A DNA stretch of 63,323 nt, filler included, from Salisapilia sapeloensis CBS 127946 (GCA_023334545.1; 6 parts of 6 records of this genome joined end to end with filler, not necessarily neighbours in it); one strand, 5' to 3'; counted from the first letter of the whole stretch, positions 1-11,786 are shown. Translations and numbers: made by a program. Notes: generated from the sequence alone by a model not told the origin.

Positions 1-144
1 GAGGAGGCGTGCGAGGCCGAGTTCGAAGCAAAGCACTCGGAAGACGACGTCCAGCCGTCGTTTGTTGGTCTGCTGTGGAAGAAGGTGATTTCGGACGAAA
101 GCAGCGAACTTGACTTTGCTAGAAAACTCAAACTGGAAGCATAA
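1..144 (+). CDS. 3' end of an unidentified protein-coding gene (partial)
   Basis: Open frame 1 from the window edge, EEACEAEFEAKHSEDDVQPSFVGLLWKKVISDESSELDFARKLKLEA, ending in TAA at 142-144; coding-like composition. Confidence 0.55.
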   Translation, partial: EEACEAEFEAKHSEDDVQPSFVGLLWKKVISDESSELDFARKLKLEA

Positions 145-218
145 CTAAAACTTTTTTGGAGGTAGTATACATGATGTAGCTTAGATTCTTGTGCCGGGCA
201 TCAGTTGCGTAGCCGTAT

Positions 219-1814
219 CTAGAAAAAGAACCGGGAATCGATTAGAGAGTTTTTGGCTAGCCCTGCATTGCCAAGGTATCTCCTCAATTGACAAAGTACT
301 TCGTTGACAAGATAAACGAAAAATGCCGCGAGTGGTGTATTGATAAAGTTGAGGTCGCATAGTCCAAAGATCTATTCGATCGATGAACCTTTAATGTAGC
401 AGCATAGAGTACAATGAGGTACCAAAATGTCGAGCACGATGAGGTCGTTTTCGATACCCAGAAAGAGTACGCTTGTGAATCTGTCGTAGACATCTACGAG
501 CGTAATATGGAAACCCAGTTAGTCCCGAGAATATCAACCATAGTTCATGGAGGTACCTGTTAATAAGAGAGATTTCTTGCCCCCCATCACCAACGGAGGA
601 ATGTCTAGTAGACGAGTAAGGAATGTACTTGCGCGGTACACTCTCCATGAAAGCTGATCATTCTGGTTGTTGATAAATCCTTTCAAAAACTGCTGGACAC
701 TTGTCCAATGTTTAACCATATCTGACGTGATAGGATTCTGCCTAAACGCACACATTCCCAGTGTTGTTGCTTGTGTACTTGACCTTGTCAGCCTATGCTG
801 TGACAATCGACCTCTTTCAATTGAAGCATCGACTTTCATCCTAGAAGCAAGCAACGAATCTAGTTTTTGCTTCCATTTCCGGGTCAAGAACACTTCAAAT
901 GCTTGGCAATTTGGTGCAATAGAATCAAGTCCTCGATGTGCAGTGAGACCAGCAGATTCTTGAACTAAATGGTCAACTATCTCCGCCATGCTTCCGTCAG
1001 CAAAAGGGTATGGAGATCTACAATGGAGATAGTATGCATGATAATAGTCATCTACGATAAAGCAGCTAACTTTCGCCAACGTACACACGTCGATAAACAA
1101 ATTTGCTGGGGGCTCACTAATATACCGCTCATATATGAGGTACTTCCATAGCCGTTGGCCCAGACTCGAAGCTAGTATCGTACAAGAACTCCACGCAAAT
1201 CGATAACATGGGTTCTTAGTCGAGTAGTCTTCAGATCCAGATAGTATAGTAGCCAGCAACACGAATAATGTAACAGATAGACAACTCTGTCGCTTGATCT
1301 GGAGTTTACTCCATTCATTTCCAATGAATATTGTCCTCCAGATACTAACAGGTACGTCCGATGGTGTGACGTAGTCTCCATCTTGAAGCTTTCCTCTAGG
1401 CTTCTCCCAGTCAACAAAAAACACTTTGGCTTGTGATTGCTGGTAAACTCGACATAACACATAGCATGCCTGTGAGATTGTGGCGAGCTTGAGCGCGACT
1501 GTAAAGGTATTGTACTCATCAGTAGCTGAGTCAATGTCTGGTAGAAGCAGTTCAGGCTCTGCTTTTGATTTAAACATTACAAGAAGGTAGGTCGAAAGTA
1601 TCACGATCATGGTGAGTAGAGTTTGCGCTAGGGTAGACAGTATTGTGAGCAGTAGATACTTCAGGAAGCGTTCTAGTACTGGACCAGTATCGTTGACGCG
1701 CATACTTCGGCGTCTCCACATTAAAAGACGAAATATTATGCGCAAACTCATTGCTGTGCATACTGTCACAAAGATGGCATTTGCAGTCCGCCAAAATGCA
1801 TCCCAGTCCGCCAT
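219..1814 (-). CDS. TMEM67: Meckelin (TMEM67/MKS3)-like protein; transmembrane and C-terminal part only; multi-exon
   Basis: Motifs FFVDWEKPRG, VSIWRTIFIGNEW and LFIDVCTLAKVS. Manually spliced 3' exons give DVYDRFTSVLFLGIENDLIVLDIL and LRRYLGNAGLAKNSLIDSRFFF*, matching the meckelin C-terminus. Start codon uncertain (ATG at 1814 used). Confidence 0.85.
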
Positions 1815-2013
1815 TACCAAAATGTTTGCTTTGTAAATTTTATCGACGGTTATCACGTGCGTGAACAAAGAGCGGTTTCGTTAAAGTTTTGATTTCGTAC
1901 CATTAGACACATACCATAACTTTACTCCATGTCTCTTGTAGGATTGAGGAGACCATTCCAGTCCTTACTGCTTGGCTTATATTTATTTGCGATACAGTAC
2001 TCGCGATCTGTTA

Positions 2014-4498
2014 ATGTTGAGGAGTGCAAGCTGTCAGATAAGTAATCGAAAACTTATCATATTATATATCCAACTCCTCATCCTCACTATGTTTCTTTGT
2101 AGAGGATACTGTAGCTTGGAGACTCCCGTTGAACACGTGCGATACGATGAACATCAATTTACACTTCAGTCAAGTGTTGGGACTAGTAATCAGCAGCGTC
2201 GACTGGAAGCGAGCGATCCGATGTCTTTTTTTCGATCTATTCCGAGTTTCGGTCTACTGGGGCACCACGAAGGTGGTATCTTCAAAAACTTTAATGAGCT
2301 GGATTGTGCAATCCAATGCACAAAAGACCCTCTCTGTCTATCATTTGATATCGAAGTTGACACTCAGGCATGTTATATTTCACACGTCGATCGGTACAGT
2401 CATCCCGAAGCATTCCTTGCATATCCCTCTAGCATCCATTATGAATGGCAAGGAAGTGTCGATAACCCGAAGTTTGAGCCTGACGGAATATTTGTTTCTC
2501 CCACTCAAATCATTGCCAAGCTATCGACATCACAACTTGGCGCCACTATCTACTATCGCATTGAAGCAATTATCAAAGAAGAATTTAATGAAACAACAGA
2601 CCAAGCGGAGTCCGCGGCTATCGCACAGATATCGGAATCTGTCGAAAACTTCACTGTCCTAGAAAATGGCAACGTGATCGTCTTGCCGCCATACCCTTGT
2701 CGACTGAATGCAGTGGCTAAGAAAGAAGGGATGAATGACAGTAGTTTGGTTACGTCAAAGGACTACAATATTCATGGTAACAATAGCAATGACTCCTTCT
2801 TTTCTGCCCGTACTAACTTTCCATCTAAACCGCAGCGTCAAAGTATTTTTTCATGGTACCTTACTTCGGCGGCGAGTATCACGGTAATGTCGTTCGTATT
2901 CAGCTCGATTCTAAAGGCAAGAAGCGTCCACGGCCAGCACGCTACCAAGAATTTAGCGACTACAACTCTGAGAATGGTATTGGACCATACGAGGGTCAAA
3001 TATCTGTCATTGATTTACAAGAGTACGATTCACGTTTGGTCGGATTTCGAGGTGGCTTCACGTCTTTTGTGTCGATGGTATATTTGAATGAAACGTATTG
3101 GGTTCCAGCAAAGGATGACCCGAATTACCAGGCTCTTGAGTGGAGAATTGTTCTTAAAGACAGATACGATCCACATGCCGACTTTGCAGGATGGGGTGTT
3201 CCCTCTGAAATTTATCGACCAGCAGAGTTCGTGTATTTATCACACTACTACAGTGATGGAGAATATCAAGGTGGATTGGTGCGGATTATGGTTGATTCGT
3301 TCAATTTGACATCCCCGATTATTGAATATTTGCAACTTTCCGAAATTGAGCCTTACTATCGAGGATACTCTGATGCTATCGTTGATGACAGCAGCAACAT
3401 CGCGTTCATGATCCCAGACCGAACGGAAGAAGCATTGTCTGGGGTCCTCGCCATCGTCAATTTGACAAGTTTCAGTTCTGAAGATGTGATTAGCTTAAAC
3501 TTGACAGCAATGAATGCAGCATACGCCGGATTTAGTGCTGGATTCATATGTATGCTTTGATTATCATACGGTTGTAAAGTCTCTTATTTCTCTTATAAAT
3601 ATCTTTTATGCGTAGATGAAAGGTGGCTTTACTTGGTACCTTATGAGCGAGATTTAAAAAGCGATGAAGCGTCGACAAATCTTAGAGAGTTTCCAGTGGA
3701 CCACTCTGGACTCGCAGTACGCATTCACCTTGACGATTACAGTATCGTGGAAAGTTTTGACTTGACGTCAGTCCACTCTGATCTCGTTGGCTTTAGTGGC
3801 GCTGTTGTGGGTAAGCTCTATGTTTGTATACAGTGTTTGCATCGGCACAATGATGGCTCACGATTATACACCTAGTTGGTCATCACGCATACTTTGTACC
3901 TTATCAAAGAAGGATAAAGCCGTCTGTGGTCGAGTTAAATGTTTACTCTGGGCTGCTTGCTAAAGTGGATCTCCGAACATTTAAAACGGCAGATTATCTA
4001 GATTTGGCAAAGCTTGATGATAGTTTACGCGGTTTTCAAAAAGGATTTAGCTACAAGCAATATGTATTTCTCGTTCCACATCGCTCAAAATATTACGAAC
4101 CGGGTGAAAAAGCTTTTTCTGGAAAAGTAGTTCGCATCGATACCAACAACTTCGACCTCGAGAATGTCTCTGTGCTGGATCTAACTGCAGCATACCGAGG
4201 TCAAGTGCCTGATCGACCTGACGAAAAATTGCGAGGGTTTTCAGATGGTGTCGTATCTGGAAAGTATGGGTATTTTATTCCCTACTTTAACGGACTGACA
4301 TACTCTGGAAGAGTTTGCCGAATCAACTTGGAAATGTTTGATGAAGTGCAAACGATGGATCTTCAGCTAGCTGACGAAGATCTTAAAGGATTTTCAGGAG
4401 CGATCGTGTCAAAAGCACACGAAGAGCTTGCATGGGATCCGTTTAGTGACTTTGAGATGAGAGTAGGCACAGACACGCCGTACAAGTATATTTACTAA
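2014..4498 (+). CDS. Secreted or surface protein: signal peptide, PAN/Apple domain, Fn3-associated/chitobiase C-terminal-like domain and GF(S/R)GG repeat (beta-propeller-like) region; multi-exon
   Basis: Hydrophobic N-terminus; PAN Cys pattern (DCAIQCTKDPLCLSFDIEVDTQACY); PKFEPDG...GATIYY motif; repeats LVGFRGGF, YAGFSAGF, LVGFSGAV, LRGFQKGF, LRGFSDGV and LKGFSGAI across ORFs 1972, 2853, 3633 and 3926, joined by GT-AG introns. Confidence 0.7.
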
Positions 4499-4550
4499 TC
4501 AATATGAGTCGGATATTGCATGCGCAAATGATTCACTAAACGCGTGGTTA

Positions 4551-5053
4551 CTATTCTGCTTTACGAGTTTTAAATCTACCAACTGGCGGAGCATTCTCCT
4601 CCATATCGTCCTCCGAAAATGCAGAAATGACATATGCAAGGATGACAATATTTACGACGAGCACTGCAACTACGGCACTGCGAATATACACGTATAAGCT
4701 TTAAATCTTGCAAATAAATGTTCGTCGCAATACCTGATAACGTCTCCATGCGCATGATCTAGAACATCACATACAGTACATTAAACCACCAAGCAAATCC
4801 AATAGTTATTATTGTAACATACCTTGACCAAGTACGCTCTTAACACCATAAAATGCCGCCAACGGAAGGGTGAACATGAGGATGGAGTAGAAAAGGAGCT
4901 TTTGCATGGCTTTCTTACTCTCTGACTCCCGTCTATAATTTCGATACAATCGAGGGTGAGATCACTCATTGCTCAGCTACAACCCAGGTTCTTGGAAGAG
5001 TCCTACTTGGCTTTTCGAGCTTGCATACTGCTCAAACTGTCCTTGGTTGCCAT
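4551..5053 (-). CDS. VMA21: Vacuolar ATPase assembly integral membrane protein VMA21-like; 4 exons, not in the ORF track
   Basis: Manual splicing gives MATKDSLSSMQARKAKRESESKKAMQKLLFYSILMFTLPLAAFYGVKSVLGQDHAHGDVISAVVAVLVVNIVILAYVISAFSEDDMEENAPPVGRFKTRKAE*: two TM helices with KLLFYSILMFTLP and AVLVVNIVILAYV motifs and a lysine-containing ER-retrieval-like tail. Confidence 0.85.
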
Positions 5054-5221
5054 TTTCGCGTTTAGTTGTCGAAAGTTGTTGTCAGCCTGATTCTAGTATT
5101 GACACTGTCTACATACGTGTTGACAGCCACATCAGATCTGATGTTGTTGCAGAGTTTATCTTGTATTTTGTAAGCTACCTATTGTCACTATCTGGAGTTG
5201 AACACGGATTTTTTACAAAAA

Positions 5222-6966
5222 ATGTCGGAACAGGTCGTGAATGAGCGAGTCGCAGCACGATGCCGGCAACTGACCCAATATACAGCGGTCGAGTCCGTTC
5301 GACAGCACGTGAGTCTCACGTTTTACTACCGAATGGCCCACCAGCTCTTTCAGCAGTCGCAGAGCTACATCTCGCTCCAGCAATGGGATCATGCGTACAT
5401 TCTTTACGACTTTTGTGTATACAATTGCCAACGGTCATTGCATGTACTCTAGGTTCGTCTTCATCGGCCGCTTTATCAAGTAGGAGCAATATTTATCTAT
5501 TATATATTACAGGAACTGACTGGAATGGCTTGAGTAGCATGTACTCGAAAGTCATTAAAGCGCATCGAGAGTACAACAGTAGCAGATTCCAGCCACAGCG
5601 TCGATGGCTTGAGATCGTACTAGCCATTTCATGTAGCAATAAATGATATGTATAATAGTTGTATTTGATAGAAAGGAGAGGAAGGGATTGCCTTGTGGGA
5701 TATCATCGAGAGAGCAATGGTCGAAGAAGAGCGAGAGATATGGAAGCACGAAAATGATCAAGTCCACAGCAATCCACATCAAAAGCACAGTCAACCACTA
5801 CCTAAGACTCCTGGTACCAGGTCAAACGAAAAGAAACCACCAGCACATCCGGTGTTTAGAAAACCTTCGCCTACTAAGGACTCTTCTGCATCTACGTCTT
5901 CATCCTCTTCCACTGTAATTCCTACACTTTAGTACAAATGATCAGGGCATATTATTGACTGTAGAGTGATTAGAAATCTAATGCTTACCCAAGTGTTGGG
6001 AAGGCGTCATGGATGAGTGAGCCGAACTGTGGGAAGACAGCGAGTCGACGAAGACACGTTTCCTTCCACCGACAACGCTCTCAGGAAGCCATTGAAATGA
6101 TATCAAGGTAACATAAACTGCAGTAACTTTGAAATCTTGCTTGATGACCAAAGGTGATAGTGGGAGGCATCGAGTGATGGAAATTCCGAGCACACTCGTT
6201 GGAAAATTCACTGAAATCGCAGCGCGTAACACGAACAAACCACCGAATGGCATTGAAACGTGTGGGATCTTGGCAGGCCAACTCGTATGTAACCACTTCT
6301 CTTACCGTTCTGTGATCTCTGAGAAAGAATCATACACAGGAAGGAACACGTCTACGAATCACGACACTTGTCATTCCAAAACAAGAGGTAACGACCTACT
6401 TTTACGTGCGCAGTATATCCTGCTAACAGCAATGTAGGGATCGTCCGACATGTGCACCATGACCAATGAGGAGGAGCTCTTTGAATACTGTTTTACACAT
6501 GACTTGCTCAACCTTGGCTGGATTCATGTACTTCTTCTTCCGCATATACCCAGTCACATTCTTTAACAATGTTGCAGACACATCCAAAGCAGACATGCTT
6601 TTTGTCATCCGTAGACATCCACACCCAATGCGGTTTCCAGTCACTTTTACCAGAGGTAAGATGCACATGGTACTCTCTTACTTCCTCTTCTCAACGGAAA
6701 GCTGTAGGCTATTGCGATCGTTGTGGCTCCAAATGATCGCCGCCAAAAGTATGTTAGAGCTAGTTCTATTCGTCTATTGTATCTCATTCTTCCAACCTAG
6801 TGTCGGTGTGTTCCGACTGACAGAGCCGGATGGACTACAGCTCATTCAGAATTGCACTGCGCAAGGTTTCCATCAGCATCCGACGAATATCCAGATCTAT
6901 TCCAGTGCAATGGAGTGTCATTGGGAACGTGCACAAGCGGTAGACGTCGTGGATATGCGCAACTAG
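5222..6966 (+). CDS. STAMBP: AMSH/STAMBP-like K63 deubiquitinase (USP8-dimerisation/MIT N-terminus plus JAB1/MPN domain); multi-exon
   Basis: N-terminal [11 protein letters not shown]...WDHAYIL; NT...[10 protein letters not shown]; spliced JAMM motif [25 protein letters not shown]; [23 protein letters not shown]. Confidence 0.9.
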
Positions 6967-7165
6967 ACTCTAGTTGTGCTTTGCTCTTGACAATACAAAC
7001 GCTATTTCGATCCCTATCAATCCATCGCTAGTCTGTTCGCCATCCAACTTCTCTCGTTTTCGGAGAGAACGATGCGCAGGTCAGGGCCTGTCCATCAATC
7101 GTACACGCCACCCTTTCTCCTCAGCTCATTCCTACTTTTGCACGCCTACACCACGAACGAGTGTC

Positions 7166-8362
7166 ATGGTTCAGCGAACGCAGCCCAAACACCTTGTTAC
7201 CAGCTCGGTATCCATTTCAGAGGAACTACCAGTGGCATCTGCCATCGGTCAACACGGATGTGTCCAAAAGGCATTGAAAAAGCTTTTTAGCGTCCAGTAC
7301 CGAGTCAATCGTGAGGAGAGGGAAGCGACTATAGTTGGTTCACAGGAGAACGTGGAAGCAGCTATTGTGGCTTGGTATGGGATGATGGATCGCATCCAAA
7401 AGCTCCGCGTGGTCAATCCATGCAGACTCTTTGCGATCGTGAACGGACCGAATTGGACGTTTACTTTTGAACGCTGTGCGTGGAAAGAGCTAGGTGACGT
7501 CGATATGACTGAGTACTCGTTTGTATTACGTCAGAAGCACCGACAGGATGTGGAAGATGAAAGACATGTCGTGGGTGCGTTTGTGAACAATATGAACGAT
7601 ACCTACGTCGATGCCATGGGCGAACGACTCAAGGTGTTGGGCGAGCAGTATCATGGGCAAGTACGACTGAAAGCTACGCTCGGAGAAAAGTTGTACCAAT
7701 TGCGTACAGTGGAAGGTGGTCTGGAAATGTCGTGGAACACTATTCGTGACATTAATCGCTCTCGAGACGTCCGTACTGCATGGTCGAGTCTTTGTGTAAA
7801 TCAAACTACGTCGCCATGGTACGTCCTATCGTCCCAACTGCACCAAATTGCGAGAGGGCTGGGAGGACGAGAGCTAATGACAGTAACTTTGAACGATCCG
7901 TTTGGCGTACTGTTATATCGGCTCAAGTTTATCAAAAAAGAAGACGGTCTGTGGTTTTGCAAAGGTGGAGAAGATGGCCGAACACCATTTATTGTCCAAG
8001 ATATCTTCAGTGAAGAAGCTTTCACGTATCGCGTACATGCAAGAGTATTCAACGCCCCGATTCCATCCGAGACACTGCGTTCGTTGAGCAATTCACTACA
8101 AGTGATCGATGGAGAAAATGGGATTTCGAGTGTGCACGCGACTCCCACCTTACCAAAGGACATATGCATCGCCTGGTCAAGCTACAAGGTTAAGAAAAGC
8201 GTTCCATTCGGAGGATTGGATTTTGCACTCGTCAATGTCCACGGTCACGGCACGAGCATCCAATGTAGCCTACCAAAACCTACTATCCAATCTATGAACC
8301 CGGCAGAGCAATTCAAGTACCTCTACAACCGCCTAGGAAGACTCATTCGCGAGTATAAGTAG
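7166..8362 (+). CDS. Uncharacterised protein with an N-terminal KH-like domain
   Basis: Single long ORF; AIGQHGCVQKALKKLFSVQYRV...ATIVGSQENVEAA fits a type I KH fold with a GxxG loop; remainder unrecognised. Confidence 0.6.
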   Translation: MVQRTQPKHLVTSSVSISEELPVASAIGQHGCVQKALKKLFSVQYRVNREEREATIVGSQENVEAAIVAWYGMMDRIQKLRVVNPCRLFAIVNGPNWTFTFERCAWKELGDVDMTEYSFVLRQKHRQDVEDERHVVGAFVNNMNDTYVDAMGERLKVLGEQYHGQVRLKATLGEKLYQLRTVEGGLEMSWNTIRDINRSRDVRTAWSSLCVNQTTSPWYVLSSQLHQIARGLGGRELMTVTLNDPFGVLLYRLKFIKKEDGLWFCKGGEDGRTPFIVQDIFSEEAFTYRVHARVFNAPIPSETLRSLSNSLQVIDGENGISSVHATPTLPKDICIAWSSYKVKKSVPFGGLDFALVNVHGHGTSIQCSLPKPTIQSMNPAEQFKYLYNRLGRLIREYK

Positions 8363-8611
8363 AAACATTAATATCAATCCTGATTGCGCATGCTGATCAC
8401 CAATCTTATTCCAGGTATCGACCAAGTCATATTCATGTCTATGTCTCTCCAAGATCCACACGTTCCTATATAATATCACGCAATAGATTCTAGAACTGTA
8501 AGTAAAATACATGCAAAATAACGAAACGCTTCCGGTGATTTCTCACTTTCTTGGCTGCTGAGTACTCATCTCCTAGCGATTCACTTACCCATTGCAAGTA
8601 CACTACGCATA

Positions 8612-9624
8612 ATGTCTCTCTCAGGAACCGTCGGCGTCGTCACTAGAGTCCAGAATGGTGCACTCAACAGTGCCTTGGACACCTTAAAGGCACAACAGAG
8701 CGCAATTAGCGATGTTCAGGTGATCGCAGTCGCGTCCGACGCCAGTATCGTGCAGACGCTCAAGAGCGTTTCGGAATCCCTCTCGCAATTCGACTCGATA
8801 CTCGCTTTCAATGAAGAAGTGAACATGCTCTCGTCGGAGTTGCATGCCCTCGCACCATTGGTGAAGCCAGGTGGCAGTCTGCAGCTCGTCGTCGACGGCG
8901 CGTCCGTCGAAAAGGATGAGAATGCCATTCTCATGGCGCTAATGATCGGAGGTTTCGTCGAAGCTAAGCAGGAGACTGCAACTGAAATCTCCGCGCTGTA
9001 CCCTCAGATTTCTAGCCCTCGCTGCTTTGCATGCCAGAAGCCTTCCTTCTCCAGTACCTCCTCTGCCGCTCTCAAGCTGAACACGAAAGCGACGTCTGCA
9101 ACACCGATGAAGAAGTATGTGATGGATAGAATGATTGAATCGAATGTAGTTGTAACAAATGTCTTATAGATGGACGGTCGTGGCGGATGAGTTTGAGGAA
9201 GAGGACGATTTGGTGGATGAAGACGACCTGCTGGACGACGACGATGAAGTCCTTAAGGCTGCGCAACAGGACTGCGGCACAAGTAAGGGAGGCAAGCGTC
9301 GTGCGTGCAAGAACTGTACCTGCGGGTATGCATCTCTTGGGAATGTAGGTAGAATATCGTATTCATGTCGATGTGAATAGGCTGAAGGATGAAGAGGACA
9401 AGCCAGTGGTTTCAGACAAGGACTTGGGACAAATGGTGTCGAGCTGTGGCAACGTAAGCTTTATCATTTTATATCTTATAGAGAAATGGAAGACTGATGT
9501 GATGCAATAGTGTTTCAAGGGAGATGCTTTCCGTTGCGGTAGCTGTCCGTTCCTTGGCCAGCCGGCGTTCAAGCCTGGTATGGAAAAGGTCATGCTTAAC
9601 CTCGATGGTGGAGATGACATTTAA
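8612..9624 (+). CDS. DRE2: Anamorsin/Dre2 homolog (cytosolic Fe-S assembly); multi-exon
   Basis: Methyltransferase-like N-terminus, acidic linker, [18 protein letters not shown] and spliced [28 protein letters not shown] Fe-S motifs. Confidence 0.93.
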
Positions 9625-10129
9625 TCGGACCTGGCAAAGCAAACGGCAGTCGAACTGCATTAATAATGACACGTTAACGAGAAGACTACTTTTTTTCCTT
9701 TTCCAGCTTTCTTGTCTAATGCACGCCGAACGGCAGCTTGCGTCATAGGCAGATAGATGAGATATGTCCGAGTAGGCAGATACAGCGTGTGGATCTTGTA
9801 GTATGAGTAGAAATTCAGACATGACTAAAAACCGCATTGCATTTGGATCTATCATCAAGTCTTCTGTAGGGCACATAAGGTCTAGTTTACCAGCTCAAGT
9901 ACATGCTTGTCTTGCCGTAATAATTCTGTCGTCTACATTGGCGACGCTACTGGATGAACGTGTAGTATGCATGCACATCAACCAGCTTGCAGAGATATCG
10001 CAGAGCTACTAGATCATCATCTAATAAAGGTCCATTGTGCTTAAATATAGAAAAGTGTCTCTAGAGTTTCCAGTCCATATTCACGATAAGAGGTTTCTGA
10101 TCCGCTTATCGTACAAGATCATTATCGAA

Positions 10130-10903
10130 ATGGGCATCGAGGACGCAGGCAAGCGAGCGCTAGAACTTGCTTCCAAGCGGGACTACAAGAATCTAAGTGA
10201 ACTGTTTAATGACTACCTACCACGCCCGCAAGAGCATCCTGACGGAATTGGTTGCTACTACTCGTACTCGACACTTCTTTCCATTGGAAAGTGGCTGGTC
10301 GTCCATGGTGGTAACGATGGGAAAGCCATCGTCGCTGGGATGAGTGCTTTGCCCATGGAACTCCGCCAGTTGCTCTTGTACGGTGATGATGACGCTTTGT
10401 TTCAAATTACGTCCGTGGAAGGCGGTCGGTATCGACTCGGGAGTCATCAAGTCTACAAGCGTGATCGCAATGACGATGGATCGGCGAATGTGCTAGCTCA
10501 TGACAACCATGAGCATGGAAACCTGATGTGGTACGCTACTGTACAAGAAAACGGTAGAGTGATCTTCCGAAATGTTCGCGATAAAGAAGATCCGAACAAG
10601 GCGCTTCGAGCGAAAACCGCGACGACCTTGACGAGCGCAGTAGTGTCGACTGGAGATCTGGACACGACATGCGAGTGGATGGTTTGCGTATCTTCCGAAC
10701 CATCTACTCGAGTTGGAGATACCCAGTCATACTTCCATTTCAAAGCGGCGATTGATGACTCGAGAGCTTTTCTTACTGCCGACAGCCATCGAGTTCGGGA
10801 TGGCGGTTCCATGTTCGTGTCATGCGGCAAGTTCGAACCGGTCAATCCTCTCCAGCTTTGGACAATGAACATGAGGATTCAGCTGAACGAACGAGAGAGC
10901 TGA
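10130..10903 (+). CDS. Hypothetical protein, possible beta-trefoil (fascin/ricin-B-like) C-terminal domain
   Basis: Clean intronless ORF from MGIEDAG; recurring F/W-x-hydrophobic strand pattern (LFQITSVEGGRYRL, WYATVQENGRVIFRN, QLWTM); no signal peptide. Confidence 0.5.
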   Translation: MGIEDAGKRALELASKRDYKNLSELFNDYLPRPQEHPDGIGCYYSYSTLLSIGKWLVVHGGNDGKAIVAGMSALPMELRQLLLYGDDDALFQITSVEGGRYRLGSHQVYKRDRNDDGSANVLAHDNHEHGNLMWYATVQENGRVIFRNVRDKEDPNKALRAKTATTLTSAVVSTGDLDTTCEWMVCVSSEPSTRVGDTQSYFHFKAAIDDSRAFLTADSHRVRDGGSMFVSCGKFEPVNPLQLWTMNMRIQLNERES

Positions 10904-11269
10904 ACGCTTGAAGTATGCCTATTGGAACGTATACGCTCGAAGCTTCCCTTTAACCACTGAACACGAAACCATTTTATACGAAATGAAAGCGTAATTGTAT
11001 GCGTAAATGCAGTCGAGCTATATATGATAGGGCCGGAGATCATGTGACTCTTCCAGGTGTTGGCACTTTCGTTGTCCAGAATCACCTTGATACGATTTTA
11101 AAGCAGCGAATACTTGGCCGGAGTTATTGATGGGCATGTACACTCGAGACGGCAGTTGGTAAGATGGAGCTCTTTCAGGATTGAAGTTAGGATAGCTGAA
11201 CCTTTGAGTATTAGTATGCTAATGTCGATAGCTATAATAATCGCTGTGGAAACTCCGATGAGGATGAGT

Positions 11270-11396
11270 CACCATGTAGCTCGTATTAAGTACTTATGTC
11301 AGCTAACATACGCCCAGTGCCGCGCGCAGCAGCGGCACTGAATATAGAGTAGCAAAAGCTATTCTATGGTAACAACCCAGCACCATGTAGCTCGTA
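11270..11396. repeat. 16-bp direct repeat CACCATGTAGCTCGTA (11270-11285 and 11381-11396) enclosing a GC-rich hairpin
   Basis: Exact repeat read from the sequence; hairpin CAGTGCCGC-8nt-GCGGCACTG at 11315-11340. Confidence 0.75.
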
Positions 11397-11786
11397 GTGT
11401 GTATTTTGGATTGCCTTTTTCTGATGACGATGTCTTACTCTAGGTTACCACATGTTGAAATGGCCAGCACTTTGACGAGCTTCGAACGAATCGATGGAGG
11501 GGATACTGCCCGGATACCACTAGGGTAAGACTGCGCTAGTTGTATATAAGCGCTTCTTCACAGCACATATCGCCAGAGTAATAATCAGTGATGAAGACAC
11601 TTCGCTCTTTGGATATTGACACTTATTGCATTGATCTCAAGTTGACTGTGAGTTTATTCGAATTATCTGCTGACGGTAACGCCGCGATGAAGCTACTAAT
11701 AACGGCTAAAAAGGAAGGTGAAAAAGTTATGCACAAACGACGGCAATCAGGCGCCAAGTCGGCTGCCATCTTCCTTCGACTCACGC

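Noticed and set aside
9630-10030. Possible small minus-strand gene between anamorsin and the trefoil-like ORF
   Set aside because: A protein-like piece (MTQAAVRRALDKKAGKGKK) exists, but I could not build a consistent start, exon chain and stop.
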